DNA from: Eledone cirrhosa
Taxonomy: Eukaryota
Assembly (NCBI GenBank): GCA_964016885.1
Contig: OZ024747.1
Coordinates: 3,844,001-3,908,000, forward strand
DNA length: 64,000 bases
Direction of reading: 5' to 3'
In this document: piece by piece, positions 41,200-54,609 of the stretch
Layout: the number at the start of each line of letters is the position of its first letter
Numbering within the stretch: the first letter of the stretch is position 1
Program-made: the position numbers and the translations under genes
The notes under the pieces: generated by a model
The model's input: the letters and a program-made list of their open reading frames with translations, nothing else
Told to the model about the DNA's origin: nothing
Databases searched by the model: none

Positions 41200-41376
41200 T
41201 AGCATAGTTATGGACCTTTACACTCTGAGTTCAATCTCACCAAGGTTAATTTTTCCTTTCATCCTTACAGGGTCGATAAAATAAAATAGAATACCAGTAA
41301 TTAACTGGATTTAATTTAATTGACTTTCCCCCCTCCCCAATAATTGTTGGCCTTGCGCCTAAATCAGAAACCATTA
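41200..41376 (+). mobile_element. Meta-like SINE (partial)
   Basis: CCTTTCATCCTTACAGGGTCGATAAAATAAA core. Confidence 0.75.
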
Positions 41377-42811
41377 TTGATAAGGTAATTGATTCATCCC
41401 TCAGTTGGTTAATCAATTAACTAATTATTTAATTGTCAAAGTCCTTTCATCACACAGTCTGTGACTTTATCAATGACTTCTTACCGTCTGTGTTTCCTCT
41501 CCATCTTGACTTCAACTTTACTTCAGAGGACTTACTTCTATCAAGCAGAGAATGATGGAGAACAATGTCACCCCATAGCAGTATTTGAAAGCAGGACATT
41601 GAGGAATGAAACTGAATATCCATAAGGTAGTCTATCCCTTTGCCTCAACAATAAGCATTTGTCATGTCTGGTAAAATGTGATATGTTTGTAATAGCAGAA
41701 GGCCACTATACTCCTTACATTTTAAGAGATTATGGTATTTACTATATATCTAATCTGGGGCTTTCTCACCCCTGTTGGAGGAACCCCTCCACTTTCTGTT
41801 TGGTTTTGGTCATGTCAGGGATGTAGCTATACTCACCACATTTGGTCAGTTGTGGGTTGGTGAAGCTATTTAACCCATAGTTGGGGTGGATGGTTATTGA
41901 CACAGGAGAGTTCATTTTCCCCTTTAACAGCTCTTGTTTTATTTTGTGCTGTTGAGGTCCCACTTACCCAGGTTCTGAAGAGGGAGCTGGTTTAATTGCC
42001 AACCACTTGACCATGGTGTAGGTATTTCTGGGTTGCATGGCATCAGTGGCAAGCAGAAGCTTGAACTGACCCCACCAGGGTCTGGTGAGGGAGCTCGTTT
42101 AGTAGCCAAACTCTCACCCATTAAGTAAAGTGTACTGGATTACATGGCACCAGTAACAGGTAGAAGCCTGACCTGACCTTATATAACAACTGCAAAATAT
42201 TTGGTGGGGAATTACAAATATATTTAATTAAATTTCTTTATTTAATAAAACATCTGTTGATATCCTAAGCATGTACTCATTTTGTTTAACGGTTTATCCA
42301 CACCTGTTTGTTGCAGCTTTGAGAGAGAGAGAGAGAGAGAGAGAAATCGCTAGACTCACCAAGTTATTTTTGTCATTCACACATTTCACCCGAACTTATG
42401 ACCGATTGGAATTAACCAATTTACATCTAACGTGTAGAGCACATCTTCTGATTTGGAATCACAACATAGGTATCAAATAATTCATATTTCATTGTATTTA
42501 GGCGGCTTAAATTAAAAAGGTGGATTTGAAAAGACTCACCACACTTGGCTGTCTAACAGTTGCAAGGGGAATAACCTCATATTCCATTGTATAAAAGCTA
42601 TTCAAGAATTAGCTAGCAAGTGCAAGGGAGATAAGCTTCTGTATTGATCTTTCAGTGTACTTGTATTAATATTAGGCAGTATCAGTAAAGCGTCAGACAA
42701 CATGCTTTGCAGCATAGAGTTATAGCCCTTTAATTTAAAGAAAAGTTTTAGGAAAAAAAGTATGTGTTGAGTCAGCCATTTTGGATAAAAAAAGCAAACA
42801 ATATATATACA

Positions 42812-43208
42812 CATCATCATCATCATTACCGTTGACATCCGTTCTTCCACGCTAGCATGGGTTAGACGGGTTGTCCTGTTGTGGGCATTGTCTGGTCGGC
42901 TGACCTTGTCTTGCTCGTACGGGAACTGATTCTGGCTTGATTTCTACAGCTGGATGCCCTTCCTAACACCAACCTCATTTACAGTGCGTGCTGGGTGCTT
43001 TTTTGCTGTGGCACCTCCACGACCACTTTGCAGTGGAATGATAGGGACCCCAGTCCTATCATCTCATTTCTACAGCTGAGTAAACTGGAGCAATGTGAAA
43101 TAAAGTCTCTTGCTCAAGGAAACAACACATCACCCGGTCTGAGAATTGAACTCACAACCTTTCGATTGCAAGCCCAATGCTCTAACCACTAAGCCATGTG
43201 CCTTCACA
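42812..43208 (-). mobile_element. Full-length CORE-like tRNA SINE with an alternative RTE tail
   Basis: Head GAAGGCACATGGCTTAGTGGTTAGAGC...GAGTTCAATTC, same core as 39308-39646, tail AACCCATGCTAGCGTGGAAGAACGGATGTCAAC..(GAT)n. Confidence 0.88.
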
Positions 43209-43938
43209 TATGTGGTGGTGGTGGTGGTGGTGGTGGTGGTGGTGACGGCGGTGGTGGTGATGGTGGTTGTGGTGGTGTGGGTTGTGGTGGTGGGGTGGTA
43301 GTGGAGTTGTTGGTGGTGGTGGTTGTTGTTGTGGTGGCGGTGGTGGTGATGGTGGTGGTGGTGGTGGTTGTGGTGGTGGTGGTGGTGGTTGTTGTTGTGG
43401 TGGTGGTGGTGATGGAGGTTGTGGTTGTTGTGGTAGTTTTTGTGGATGCTGATGATGGTAATTGTGGTAGAAGAGATCCTCATAATGATGATAATGATGA
43501 TGATGATGACAATCACGACCCTCACCTCCTCTCCACTACCCTCATCTCACCATCTTCAGCATCCCATTATTAATGTTTACCTGTAGCAACATATTGGAAC
43601 CTATTTTCTAAGGCATATTTTTTTGTAATTTCCTATTTTTTTGTTTCGAAAAAAATAGGAAATTACTTTCTCTCCAAGAGATTCTTTCTTCACCTTTTCT
43701 GTTCACATTGTTTCATAAAACCGTTTGTATCATGATTATTGCTCAAACATCATCACTTTTTCTATCATCTCCTCTCTATTGTCTTCACTATCATCGCCGT
43801 CAGCCTCAAATATATATATATGTGTTTGTGTGTGTGCGTCTGTGTATATCTATATATATATATGTGTGTGTGTGCATGTGTATATGTGTATATATATATA
43901 TACATATATATATACATATATATGTATATACATGCATA

Positions 43939-43970
<32 letters not shown>

Positions 43971-44231
43971 GTTTAACATTAAATACATACATGAACATGC
44001 ATACACACACACTCCACAAACATATATATACATATATACAACAAAAAAGCACCCAGTTCTCTCTGTATAATGGTCGTACTGGTAACACGACACAAAAAAT
44101 ACCTAGTCCCCCCTGTAAGGTGGTCGTGATGGTGGCACAAACAATAACACCCAGTCCACCCTTTAGATGTGCTGGTATCTCAATGAAAAGTGTAGACAGG
44201 TGAGTGTGTGGCTTGTTAACGTGATAATATA

Positions 44232-44446
44232 AATAATTGTTTCTACTTTAGGCACAAGACCAACAATTCAAGGGGAGGGGAAAGTCGATTAAAACGATAC
44301 CAGTACATTACTGGTACTTTATTTTATCGACCCTGTAAGGATGAAAAGCAAAGCTAACCTCGACGGTATTCGAAACTAGAATATAAAGGGCTGTAACTCT
44401 ATCCTGCATAACATGTTGCCCGACTCACTAGCGATACTGCCAACCA
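44232..44446 (-). mobile_element. Meta-like SINE
   Basis: Reverse complement of the family core and tail. Confidence 0.8.
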
Positions 44447-45597
44447 CCGTAATCCAACATAGTACAACACACACACACATCGCTAATGTTAAATACCAAA
44501 TCATTACTTGGTCCAGGGGAAACAACTTCTCCTTAACCATATTCCATGTAATATTCTGAAAGCTATTTACTTGTCTTCGGTGTTAAGATATTTTAGTTTC
44601 ATCAGCTTACGTCGTGACTTCAAATCTAGTTTGAGTTGAATTTACTTCTCATGCTGTTGAGTAAAACGTCCATATTGCTCATAACGGTAAAATCCTATTT
44701 GAGGGTTCTATTAATGTGAATTGAAATGTCTTGATGAAAACCCAAAGAACTAAAACTGTTAACTCAAACGTCGATATAAAATTACTAAACCGATATAATG
44801 TAGAATTTAGAATTTCGAAATTGATAAAAATAAAATGTATACATAATCTATATTTTAAATTAAAATGAAGCAGAGAGGGGAAGACACGTGCACTCAATCA
44901 GACTCCACAAGGAGAAGCAGCGCTGGAATCCCCACCCCAATCATTTTTTCAGGTAGGCCAAACAAACTCGCGACATTACCGTGGGATATTATAGCGATTT
45001 AAATCCCCCGTGATTCACTAAATACAGTGAGACATATCCTCCATATTAACCTCACGTTCAGAATTCTCACGCTAAAGTCTTATTTTGTTTTTAGAGGCAA
45101 ATAAATTTATAGTTAAATTTTGAATATATAAATAAATAACGTTGCTATATTTGTGAGGTTCCTAACAATAGTTAATCGGATCTTTTATGTGTTTATATAG
45201 GTGTTATTTAACTGCAAATGTGGTTGCTATTTCTAACAGGTCGCGAGACCACATAGAGGCTTTTATCTTTATTTATTTTTAGAGCTTGTCTAAATCCCTT
45301 TTGTGTGAGGGTGAGGAATGTGGGGCTGATAACTAAATAAATATTTAAGCAACAATGGAAAAATTCCTCATTTATAGCTTAAAATAGATAATTCTAGAAA
45401 ACTGGGGTTTCTTACCGTTATTTGATCAGCTTTCATAAATAGGTTTCCTAACAACTTCAAAAAACTACCTTTAATCTATAGATTTGAATATCGTGACTTA
45501 CTCTTCCTTCCTACACACTTATATACACACACACATATTTATATATATATATATATATATATAAATGTATATATATGTGTGTGTGTGTGTATGTATG

Positions 45598-45738
<141 letters not shown>

Positions 45739-45743
45739 TTATG

Positions 45744-45796
<53 letters not shown>

Positions 45797-46009
45797 ATAT
45801 ATATATGTATAAGTCTGGATTAATGTGTAATATAATAATATTGTATTAGGAGAAGGGGAGTGTGTGTATATGTGTATATAAGTGTGTGTAGCAGTTTGTA
45901 TACAAGTATGTGGGTGTAGAAAGCTTATGTTTACGTATTTATATAACTTTATGTGTGTGTATGAATGAATATGTGTGTGTATAGGTAACTGCGTACGGGT
46001 GTGTGTGAA

Positions 46010-46430
46010 GATGACTGCGTATGCATGTGTGCGTATATGTTTGTGTGTGTAGGTGACTGTGTATGCATGTGTGCGTATATGTTTGTGTGTGTAGGAGACT
46101 GTGTATGCATGTGTGCGTATGTTTGTGTGTGTAGGAGACTGTGTATGCATGTGTGCGTATGTTTGTGTGTGTAGGAGACTGTATGCATGTGTGCGTATAT
46201 GTTTGTGTGTGTAGGAGACTGTATGCATGTGTGCGTATATGTTTGTGTGTGTAGGAGACTGTATGCATGTGTGCGTATATGTTTGTGTGTGTAGGAGACT
46301 GTATGCATGTGTGCGTATATGTTTGTGTGTGTAGGAGACTGTATGCATGTGTGCGTATATGTTTGTGTGTGTAGGAGACTGTGTATGCATGTGTGCGTAT
46401 ATGTTTGTGTGTGTAGGAGACTGTGTATGC
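46010..46430. repeat. ~40-bp minisatellite (GTAGGAGACTGTATGCATGTGTGCGTATATGTTTGTGTGT), ~10 copies
   Basis: Direct reading. Confidence 0.9.
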
Positions 46431-46469
46431 AGTGTGATGGTTTTGGTGGTGTTCGTGATTTGTAATATT

Positions 46470-48330
46470 GTGTGTGTATGTCTATGTGTGTGTATGTACC
46501 TGTATGTCTATGTGTGTGTGTATGTGCCTGTATGTCTATATGTGTGTGTGCCTGTATGTCTATATGTGTGTGTATGTGCCTGTATATCTATATGTGTGTG
46601 TATGTACCTGTATGTCTATGTGTGTGTGTATGTACCTGTATGTCTATGTGTGTGTGTATGTGCCTGTATGTCTATATGTGTGTGTATGTACCTGTATGTC
46701 TATGTCTATGTGTATGTGCCTGTATGTCTATATGTGTGTGTGCCTGTATGTCTATATGTGTGTGTATGTGCCTGTATGTCTATATGTGTGTGTATGTACC
46801 TGTATGTCTATATGTGTATGTGTCTGTATGTCTATGTGTGTGTGTATGTACCTGTATGTCTATGTGTGTGTGTATGTGACTGTATGTCTATATGTGTGTG
46901 TATGTACCTGTATGTCTATGTCTATGTGTATGTGTCTGTATGTCTATATGTGTGTGTATGTGCCTGTATGTCTATATGTGTGTGTATGTACCTGTATGTC
47001 TATGTCTATGTGTATGTGTCTGTATGTCTATATGTGTGTGTATGTGCCTGTATGTCTATATGTGTGTGTATGTGCCTGTATGTCTATATGTGTGTGTATG
47101 TGCCTGTATGTCTATATGTGTGTGTATGTACCTGTATGTCTATGTATATGTGTATGTGACTGTATGTCTATATGTGTGTGTATGTACCTGTATGTCTATG
47201 TCTATGTGTATGTGTCTGTATGTCTATATGTGTGTGTATGTGCCTGTATGTCTATATGTGTGTGTATGTACCTGTATGTCTATGTATATGTGTATGTGTC
47301 TGTATGTCTATATGTGTGTGTATGTGCCTGTATGTCTATGTGTGTGTGTGTGTGTCTGTATGTAAGTGTGACACTGTCACTGGAACATTATATTGCCCTG
47401 CTTTTTAAGGTTTTTCTTTTCTTACTTTTATTCGTGATTTATGTTGGAATCTGCTGAAGAGTCTCACTTTTATATATTGTCTGTCTGTTGCTATGGTTTC
47501 TAAACATGATCATATATACCACCTCGTCTGTCTCTGTCTCTCTGTCTCTGTCTCTCTGTCTCTGTCTCTCTGTCTCTGTCTCTGTGTGTCTGTGTGTCTG
47601 TGTTTGTGTCTGTGTCTGTGTTTGTATCTGTCTGTGTCTGTGTGTCTGTGTCTGTGTCTGTGTCTGTGTCTGTGTGTCTGTGTCTGTATGTCTCTGTGTC
47701 TGTATGTCTCTGTGTCTGTGTCTGTGTGTCTGTGTCTATGTCTATGTCTATGTCTGTATGTCTGTATGTCTCTGTGTCTGTATGTCTGTGTGTCTGTCTC
47801 TATGTCTGTGTGTCTGTGTCTGTGTCTGTGTCTATGTCTGTATGTATGTATGTATGTGTCTCTGTGTCTGTGTCTGTGTTTGTGTGTCTGTGTCTATGTC
47901 TGTATGTCTGTGTCTATGTCTGTCTCTGTGTCTGTGTCTGTATGTGTCTGTGTCTGTGTCTGTATGTGTCTGTATGTGTCTGTGTCTATGTCTGTATGTC
48001 TGTGTGTCTGTGTGTCTGTGTCTGTATCTGTCTGTGTCTATGTCTGTGTCTGTGTGTCTCTGTGTCTGTATGTGTCTATGTCTGTATGTCTGTATGTCTG
48101 TCCCTGTATGTGTCTGTCTGTATGTCTGTATGGCTATGTCTGTATGTCTGTGTCTGTATGTCTGTATGTCTGTATGTCTGTATGTCTGTCCCTGTGTGTG
48201 TCTATGTCTGTATGTCTGTATGTCTGTATGTCTGTCCCTGTGTGTGTCTATGTCTGTCTGTGTCTGTATGTCTGTATGTCTGTGTGTCTGTATGTCTGTA
48301 TGTCTGTATGTCTGTATGTCTGTGTGTCAG
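46470..48330. repeat. Degenerate (TG)/(TGTC)/(TATG) low-complexity arrays
   Basis: Direct reading; two arrays separated by unique sequence at ~47365-47525. Confidence 0.9.
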
Positions 48331-48478
48331 TGTGTATTCAAATATGATTTTTTTAACACCACTTTTATTATTTCAAATGTGTAACGTTTTGCACACACAC
48401 ACACATATATATATATTGAGTTCTTCATACGGATTGGACACTACTGTATATTTTGGTAGATTTATCTACATATATGTA

Positions 48479-48570
<92 letters not shown>

Positions 48571-48608
48571 TATATATATATATATAAATATATTTATATA
48601 TAACTATA

Positions 48609-48692
<84 letters not shown>

Positions 48693-48744
48693 TATATATA
48701 TATATAACTATATATATATATATATAAATATATTTATATATAAC

Positions 48745-48778
<34 letters not shown>

Positions 48779-49226
48779 ACTATACATATATATATATACA
48801 CGTTATGGTATGTTAGTGAGTCTCTGTGTCAAATTTTTATTCTTGAGATTTTTGCAATAAAACAAAATGTTGCCAATCTCCAGCCCTGAACCAAGGTTTC
48901 CTCATTGGAGAGTAGACAAGATGACCATATTTCTTCTTCTTCTTCTTCTCCTCCTCTTCCTCTTCCTCCCCTTCCTCCTCCTCCTCCTTCTTCTTCTCCA
49001 TCTTCATTTGGCCATTTTCAATATCTAAGAGAGAAAATATCTGTTCTAATGTTGAAAACATATTGATACTTTTAAATATTGAACATTCTGTTTAATATGA
49101 GTTTCCAGTTGATTAATTCTACACAACTTGAGTGTGGGACTTTGTTCCAGGTGTTGGGATAGTTACTACGATGGGGTGTGGGGTGTAATTGGGGTGGGGA
49201 GGGTTACTTACTCAATCTAGTCTTGT

Positions 49227-49360
49227 AATAATTGTTTCTACTTTTGGCACAAGGCCAGCAATTATCCCAGTGAATTACTGGTACTTTATTTTATCGACCC
49301 TGTAAGGATGAAAGGCAAAGTTAACCTTGGTGGGATTTGAACTCAGACCATAAAGGGTCT
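49227..49360 (-). mobile_element. Meta-like SINE (partial)
   Basis: Near-identical to 13528-13660. Confidence 0.8.
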
Positions 49361-49678
49361 GTCTTGAAATAATCTTACTAGATTCTGTCATGAATTACTC
49401 TAGAGAGAAGTGAAACACTCTAATGAAAGGGACAGCACTGAGGACAACATGACAGATACAGCCGAAAGGTCCTTCTTACTCTTGTTGCAGGAACCCCTCC
49501 CTGGTTGAACCCCACTAATTCAGGTCATAGGTATCAGGTAAGATCTTCACACCATCTAGCCATTAACCACCCTCTGGTTCTTCTCCATTCTCTGGTATCC
49601 ATTCTGTCTCTCTAATAGTTCACCTGGTGTCTCTGAGAGACGTGGCCAACAGGTAAACATTTGTTGGAACATACATTG

Positions 49679-49710
<32 letters not shown>

Positions 49711-50225
49711 TAATAATAATAAATTTGAAGACTAAAATCAAAAGAGGGCTCGATAAGGATAAATATATATCAAATATATAAAAACCGTAGAGCAAAAATT
49801 ATATTCGTTTTTTCCCGTTCTTTGCCAGGGAACGTTTCCACGAACCAAAGTATCGTCTTCCTGTCTTCCTCCGGTTGCAACGTATTTTGAAATATCCACT
49901 TCTGCGTTTACAGATTGACTTTGTTAGTTTCAGAAGATCCCGTTAAGGGTGAAAGCAGCGATTCTTTGCTTAAACTTTAATCTGTTATTTTAATAAATAA
50001 ATATTTATATATAAATATATATTACTGTCTATATATATACATTGTTGTCTATATATACATTGCTGTTTATACATACATTACTATATATACATACATTGCT
50101 ATATATACATTGCTGTATATATATACATTACTGTCTATATATACATACATTGCTATATATACATTACTGTCTATATATATATACATTGCTATATATACAT
50201 ACATTGCTATATATACATACATTTC

Positions 50226-50465
50226 CCTGCATCAGTTGTTAGCTGTCAAGACACTGCATCCTTTAAGGCCTCCATGCTTCCCGAGATTCGCCAACACTAC
50301 ACCTAATGTTCCCCCTCCATACACATACACACATGTATATCATGACTCATACACTATTCACTTCCCTGACATTTGTATATTATTCTATGTACTATACATG
50401 CACCTTTGACAAGTTGTAGTGCACCTGAGCACTGTACACAATAATTTCATTATTATTATTGTTAT
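50226..50465 (+). mobile_element. CR1/L2-like LINE 3' fragment
   Basis: Colinear with 40960-41193, without the expansion. Confidence 0.85.
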
Positions 50466-50627
50466 TGCTATATACACATACATTGCTATATATACATACA
50501 TTGCTTATATTTGTTACTTTAATGTCTATACATTTCACATTGACCCCCCCCCCCCCTTGTTTCATTGCTAACATAACCATAAATAATACCTTCAAAGTGT
50601 TTGTTTTTGTTATAAAACATTACAACA

Positions 50628-51066
50628 ATATATAATTATGGGATGTATATAATGTATATATATCTACGGTATGCATATAATGTATATAGAAATATAGTAT
50701 GTTTATAATATATATATATATCTATGGTATATATATACTGTATATATCTGTAAAGCAGTTAGGAAGTTCCGTTGCTGAATCTTTTCATAACCTCCATGTA
50801 CTCCAAGATTTTGTTTAATGTTACGGCCCTTTATGATCTGAGTTCAAATCCCGCCGAGGTTAACTTTACCTTTCATCCTTACGGGGTCGATAAAATAAAG
50901 TACCAGTAATGTACTGGGTTATTGCTGGCCTTGTGCCAAAAGTAAAAACAATTATATACGTACATACCATAGATATATATATACATTATAAACATACTAT
51001 ATTTCTATATACATTATATGCATACCGTAGATATATATACATTATATACATCCCATAATTATATAT
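50628..51066. repeat. ~100-bp inverted repeat pair enclosing a partial SINE (50820-50954)
   Basis: 50628-50730 is the reverse complement of 50964-51066. Confidence 0.75.
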
Positions 51067-51844
51067 ACATTATATATATATATACATTATATACATGCCA
51101 TAGTTATATATACATTATATACATACCAATCTTAGCACCATTATCATAAAAATGGTAATCTATATGCTATAGAGCAATAGTTACGTGACATAAATACACT
51201 AGAATGCTTAATGTACTTGAAAAAATCCTGATAAAAAACACTTTTATAAATAAAAGTAAATTTTATTACTTGTACTAAGGCACTTCTAAATTCAATATAT
51301 CCAATATGAGAAGCTTACTCATCACCATAACAGGAATATAGATTTCCAGGACCTTACTTTATATATTGACTTTAGCAAGGATGTTTGCTGAGATTGAGAA
51401 GGGTTTTGATTATGTGTATATTGGTAACAACAACAACAGCAACAGTCTTCAATACAGGCAATAAAATGATTATATTTTTTAGATTTAATTAATGTGATAT
51501 TTGTCAGGTTATTTAAGAATAAATTAAACCATCTGGTATGGTTACACATCATATAACTGCTGCTAAAATATAATAATATACAAATTTTTATGTGTGTAAT
51601 CAATATTTACCTCTGGTCGTCTGTTTGTGGTTATCAGCAATACCAATAGCTCAATTGACATAATTTGATATGTCTAGACATGTTCTCTTTCCTTATCTTT
51701 TGTATGAAGAGAATAGGGAGATGATTTTTTTCAGTTATCTAAAAATGATATTTGTGTTGGAATAACAAGAAAAGAACAATGGAAAATAATGAGTTTTAAG
51801 CTGAGAATATTATTCAAATGAATTAAGGTGTGGATTGAAACAAA

Positions 51845-52206
51845 GGCAGTGGATTGGCAGTATAGGTAGAGCGTCAGACACCATGCTTTGCAGCATAGAG
51901 TTACAGCCCTTTATGGTCTGAGTTCAAATCCCACTGAGGTCAACTTTGCCTTTCATCCTTATGGGGTCGATAAAATAAAGGACCAGTAATGCTGGCCTTG
52001 TGCCAAAAGGAGAAACAACTATTAATGGCAGTATCGGTAGAGTGTCAGGCACCATGCTTTGCAGCATAGAGTTATGACCCTTTACATTCTGAGTTCAAAT
52101 CCCACCGAGGTTAACTTTGCCTTTCATCCTTATGGGGTCGATAAAATAAAGGACCAGTAATACACTGGGATAATTGCTGGCCTTGTGCCAAAAGTAGAAA
52201 CAATTA
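51845..52206 (+). mobile_element. Two head-to-tail Meta-like SINEs
   Basis: Copies at 51845-52022 and 52026-52206. Confidence 0.85.
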
Positions 52207-52618
52207 AGGTGTTCACATTGTGTGAGAGAGAACAATGAAGGCCAAGATAGCAATTGTACGATATCATAAGTCATAAGATGGAACAGAAGTGTTGGACTCT
52301 TCGATCATGTTATGGTAAAAATAAGCATTCTGAGAGCAATATTCATAAAATATTCCATTAAAAAATAATGGTTTCTGATTTAGGCATAAGACGAATAATT
52401 TTAGGAAAAGGAGAAAGTCAATTAAATTGACCCCAGTGCATTACTGGTACTTTATTTTAATAACCTCGAAAGGATGAAGGCAAAGTAGACCTTGGTGGGA
52501 TTTGAACTCAGAAGGCTGCAATGAATACCATAAATCATTCTATCATGCCAATTCACCACATTTATACCATATAGATATATATATATCTATGTATGTATAT
52601 CTAAATCTATATCTATCT

Positions 52619-52691
<73 letters not shown>

Positions 52692-53018
52692 CATATATAT
52701 ATACATATATATATATATATACACATATATATATATATATATCATAAAACATGTCTATGGAATTACCAGATAAAATATATACCGTTTCCTCTCCCAATTA
52801 GCATAATTAACTATATAAAAAATCAATTAGACCAAGCTATAAGAATAAAGGCTACTATGAAGAAATCTCCAACAAATAACCGAAAGCAGCCCCTTCGCGG
52901 CGGTTACGACGGATCATTTATCGAATATTTCGACAGCATGTATGAATCGACCAGATATACAGTCAACTAAACAGAATTAGGTGTAAAATAAACTAGAAGA
53001 AAAGTGTACATATTTAAT

Positions 53019-53099
53019 TACCTCTACCATGGTTTCATCCGCATTTTAAGACATCCGATAACATTGGATATCTAGAGCTTCGGATTCTTCAGGAAGGTA
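53019..53099 (-). ncRNA. Type I hammerhead ribozyme motif with palindromic stem III and extended stem II
   Basis: Minus strand: TACCTTC-CTGAAGA-ATCCG-(AGATATCC/GGATGTCT inner hairpin)-CGGAT-GAAA-CCATGG-TA-GAGGTA. Full core, GUA site, stem I TACCT(T)C/GAGGTA. Confidence 0.8.
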
Positions 53100-53149
53100 G
53101 CTCAAATTTAGACAATTAATTTTCCAAAGAGCACTCCCCTTGTCTGTTG

Positions 53150-53425
53150 AAAATTATGAATGTTGGATTCTTATAGAATTCCAGTAATAATCAGGAACTC
53201 TCCAGCAAAAATTGAAAATTAGAATTGTTGCTCTGAAATAGCGATGTATACATGAATGTATATGTAGTGTATTTGATAATACACTGTATGCTTAATTAAA
53301 AGCATTTTGAGACCAATAGCGTAAGTTTTTCAAAATGCTTTTAATTAAGCATACAGTGTATTTCAAAATACACTATATATACATTCATATATACATCGCT
53401 ATTTCTGAGCACCAATTCTAATTTA
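53150..53425. mobile_element. Second, diverged fold-back copy of the 318-bp family
   Basis: Shares GGATTCTTATAGAATTCCAGTAATAATCAGGAAC and GCTCTGAAATAGCGATG with 11430-11789; arms ~53216-53310 and 53330-53425. Confidence 0.75.
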
Positions 53426-53482
53426 TATATATATATATATATATAAAATGAAATGATACAGATATACAAACATATATATATA

Positions 53483-53525
<43 letters not shown>

Positions 53526-53605
53526 ACCCCCCCCCCCTCTCAAAACCGTGAACCTAATAAACCAATATTTGTACTGCCTCTCTGTTTTTGTTCCTGTCTA
53601 AGATT

Positions 53606-53651
<46 letters not shown>

Positions 53652-53716
53652 TGAGTATGTTTTGAAACAGTGAGCAGGTTTGAAATTAGAAAATAGAATA
53701 GCTTTCAGCGTATTTT

Positions 53717-53865
53717 TGACTAAAGAAATTTTAGCCTGATAATGGGGTTTAGAACCCTCAGATAAATGGAAAAAGATGAGTATTGACCCCCATGTACGTC
53801 AATACTCATCTTTTTCCATTTATGTGAGGGTTCTAAACCCCATTATCAGGCTAAAATTTCTTTAG

Positions 53866-53868
<3 letters not shown>
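53717..53868. repeat. Fold-back palindrome in (TA)n: 71-bp arms, 10-nt loop
   Basis: 53717-53787 versus 53798-53868, one mismatch. Confidence 0.9.
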
Positions 53869-53903
<35 letters not shown>

Positions 53904-54429
53904 CATATAGTATATTTTAATCAAATCACTGGTGAGTAATACTTCATATTAGTTCTAGAATACTTATTTTCACTTAACAGCCTGAGACTTTTGCAATTAT
54001 ATTGCAACCTTAACTAAAATCAATATAAATTGCTATATCAATTTTTATTAAGAAGAAAATGTCTTTAAAGAAAAATTAATTAGCTTTACGAATCCATACA
54101 CATAAGGTAAATGTTACAAATTAGAAAAACATTATGATTAATATTGGCTAAATTGAAGACAAATAATTATGTTGATTTGTTATTATTTGGGTGTGTTGTT
54201 ATAGTTTTATTTATTTGTAAATAACATTTATTTGTGTTTTAAAATTTCTTCCTTGATTTACCTCAATTTTTTTTATTATTTTACTTATCAGTTTGGTACT
54301 TGTACTGTCTTGTAACTCACCTAACAGTCAGGGTTGGTGGGGACCAGTTGACTTCAGGTTGGGAAAATAAAACAAAATATTACAATTCACAGCAAATCTC
54401 TCCCAATTTTACCTATCAAAGTTAGCTTG

Positions 54430-54609
54430 GTACAAGTAATTGGAATTGAAAAGTTATACATACAGGTATTAAATAAAAAAAATTCTAACCATCCTAAAAC
54501 TAAAAAGCCCAGCTGAGGGCACAAATAAATTGCCAGGGCTGTCACTGGTGGGGTCCCCCACAGCAGGCGGCCCAGGGAAATCCCCCCCCCCCATTAAATC
54601 TAGCCCTGC
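54430..54609. mobile_element. Non-autonomous DNA transposon end (hAT-like terminus); second copy at 62867-63050
   Basis: The two copies are colinear and end in TTAAATC(C/T)(G/A)GCCCTG, the reverse complement of a CAGGGCCGGATTTA-type TIR. Confidence 0.55.

Noticed and set aside
43130-43208. tRNA-like A/B box sequence
   Set aside because: SINE head that continues into core and tail, with no complete cloverleaf; not a tRNA gene.
49820-49965. Hammerhead-like remnants (CAGAAGA-TCCC..GGGT-GAAA on +; GAAACGTTC on -) in a TA-flanked insert
   Set aside because: Core and stem I are defective; may be a decayed relative but cannot be supported.
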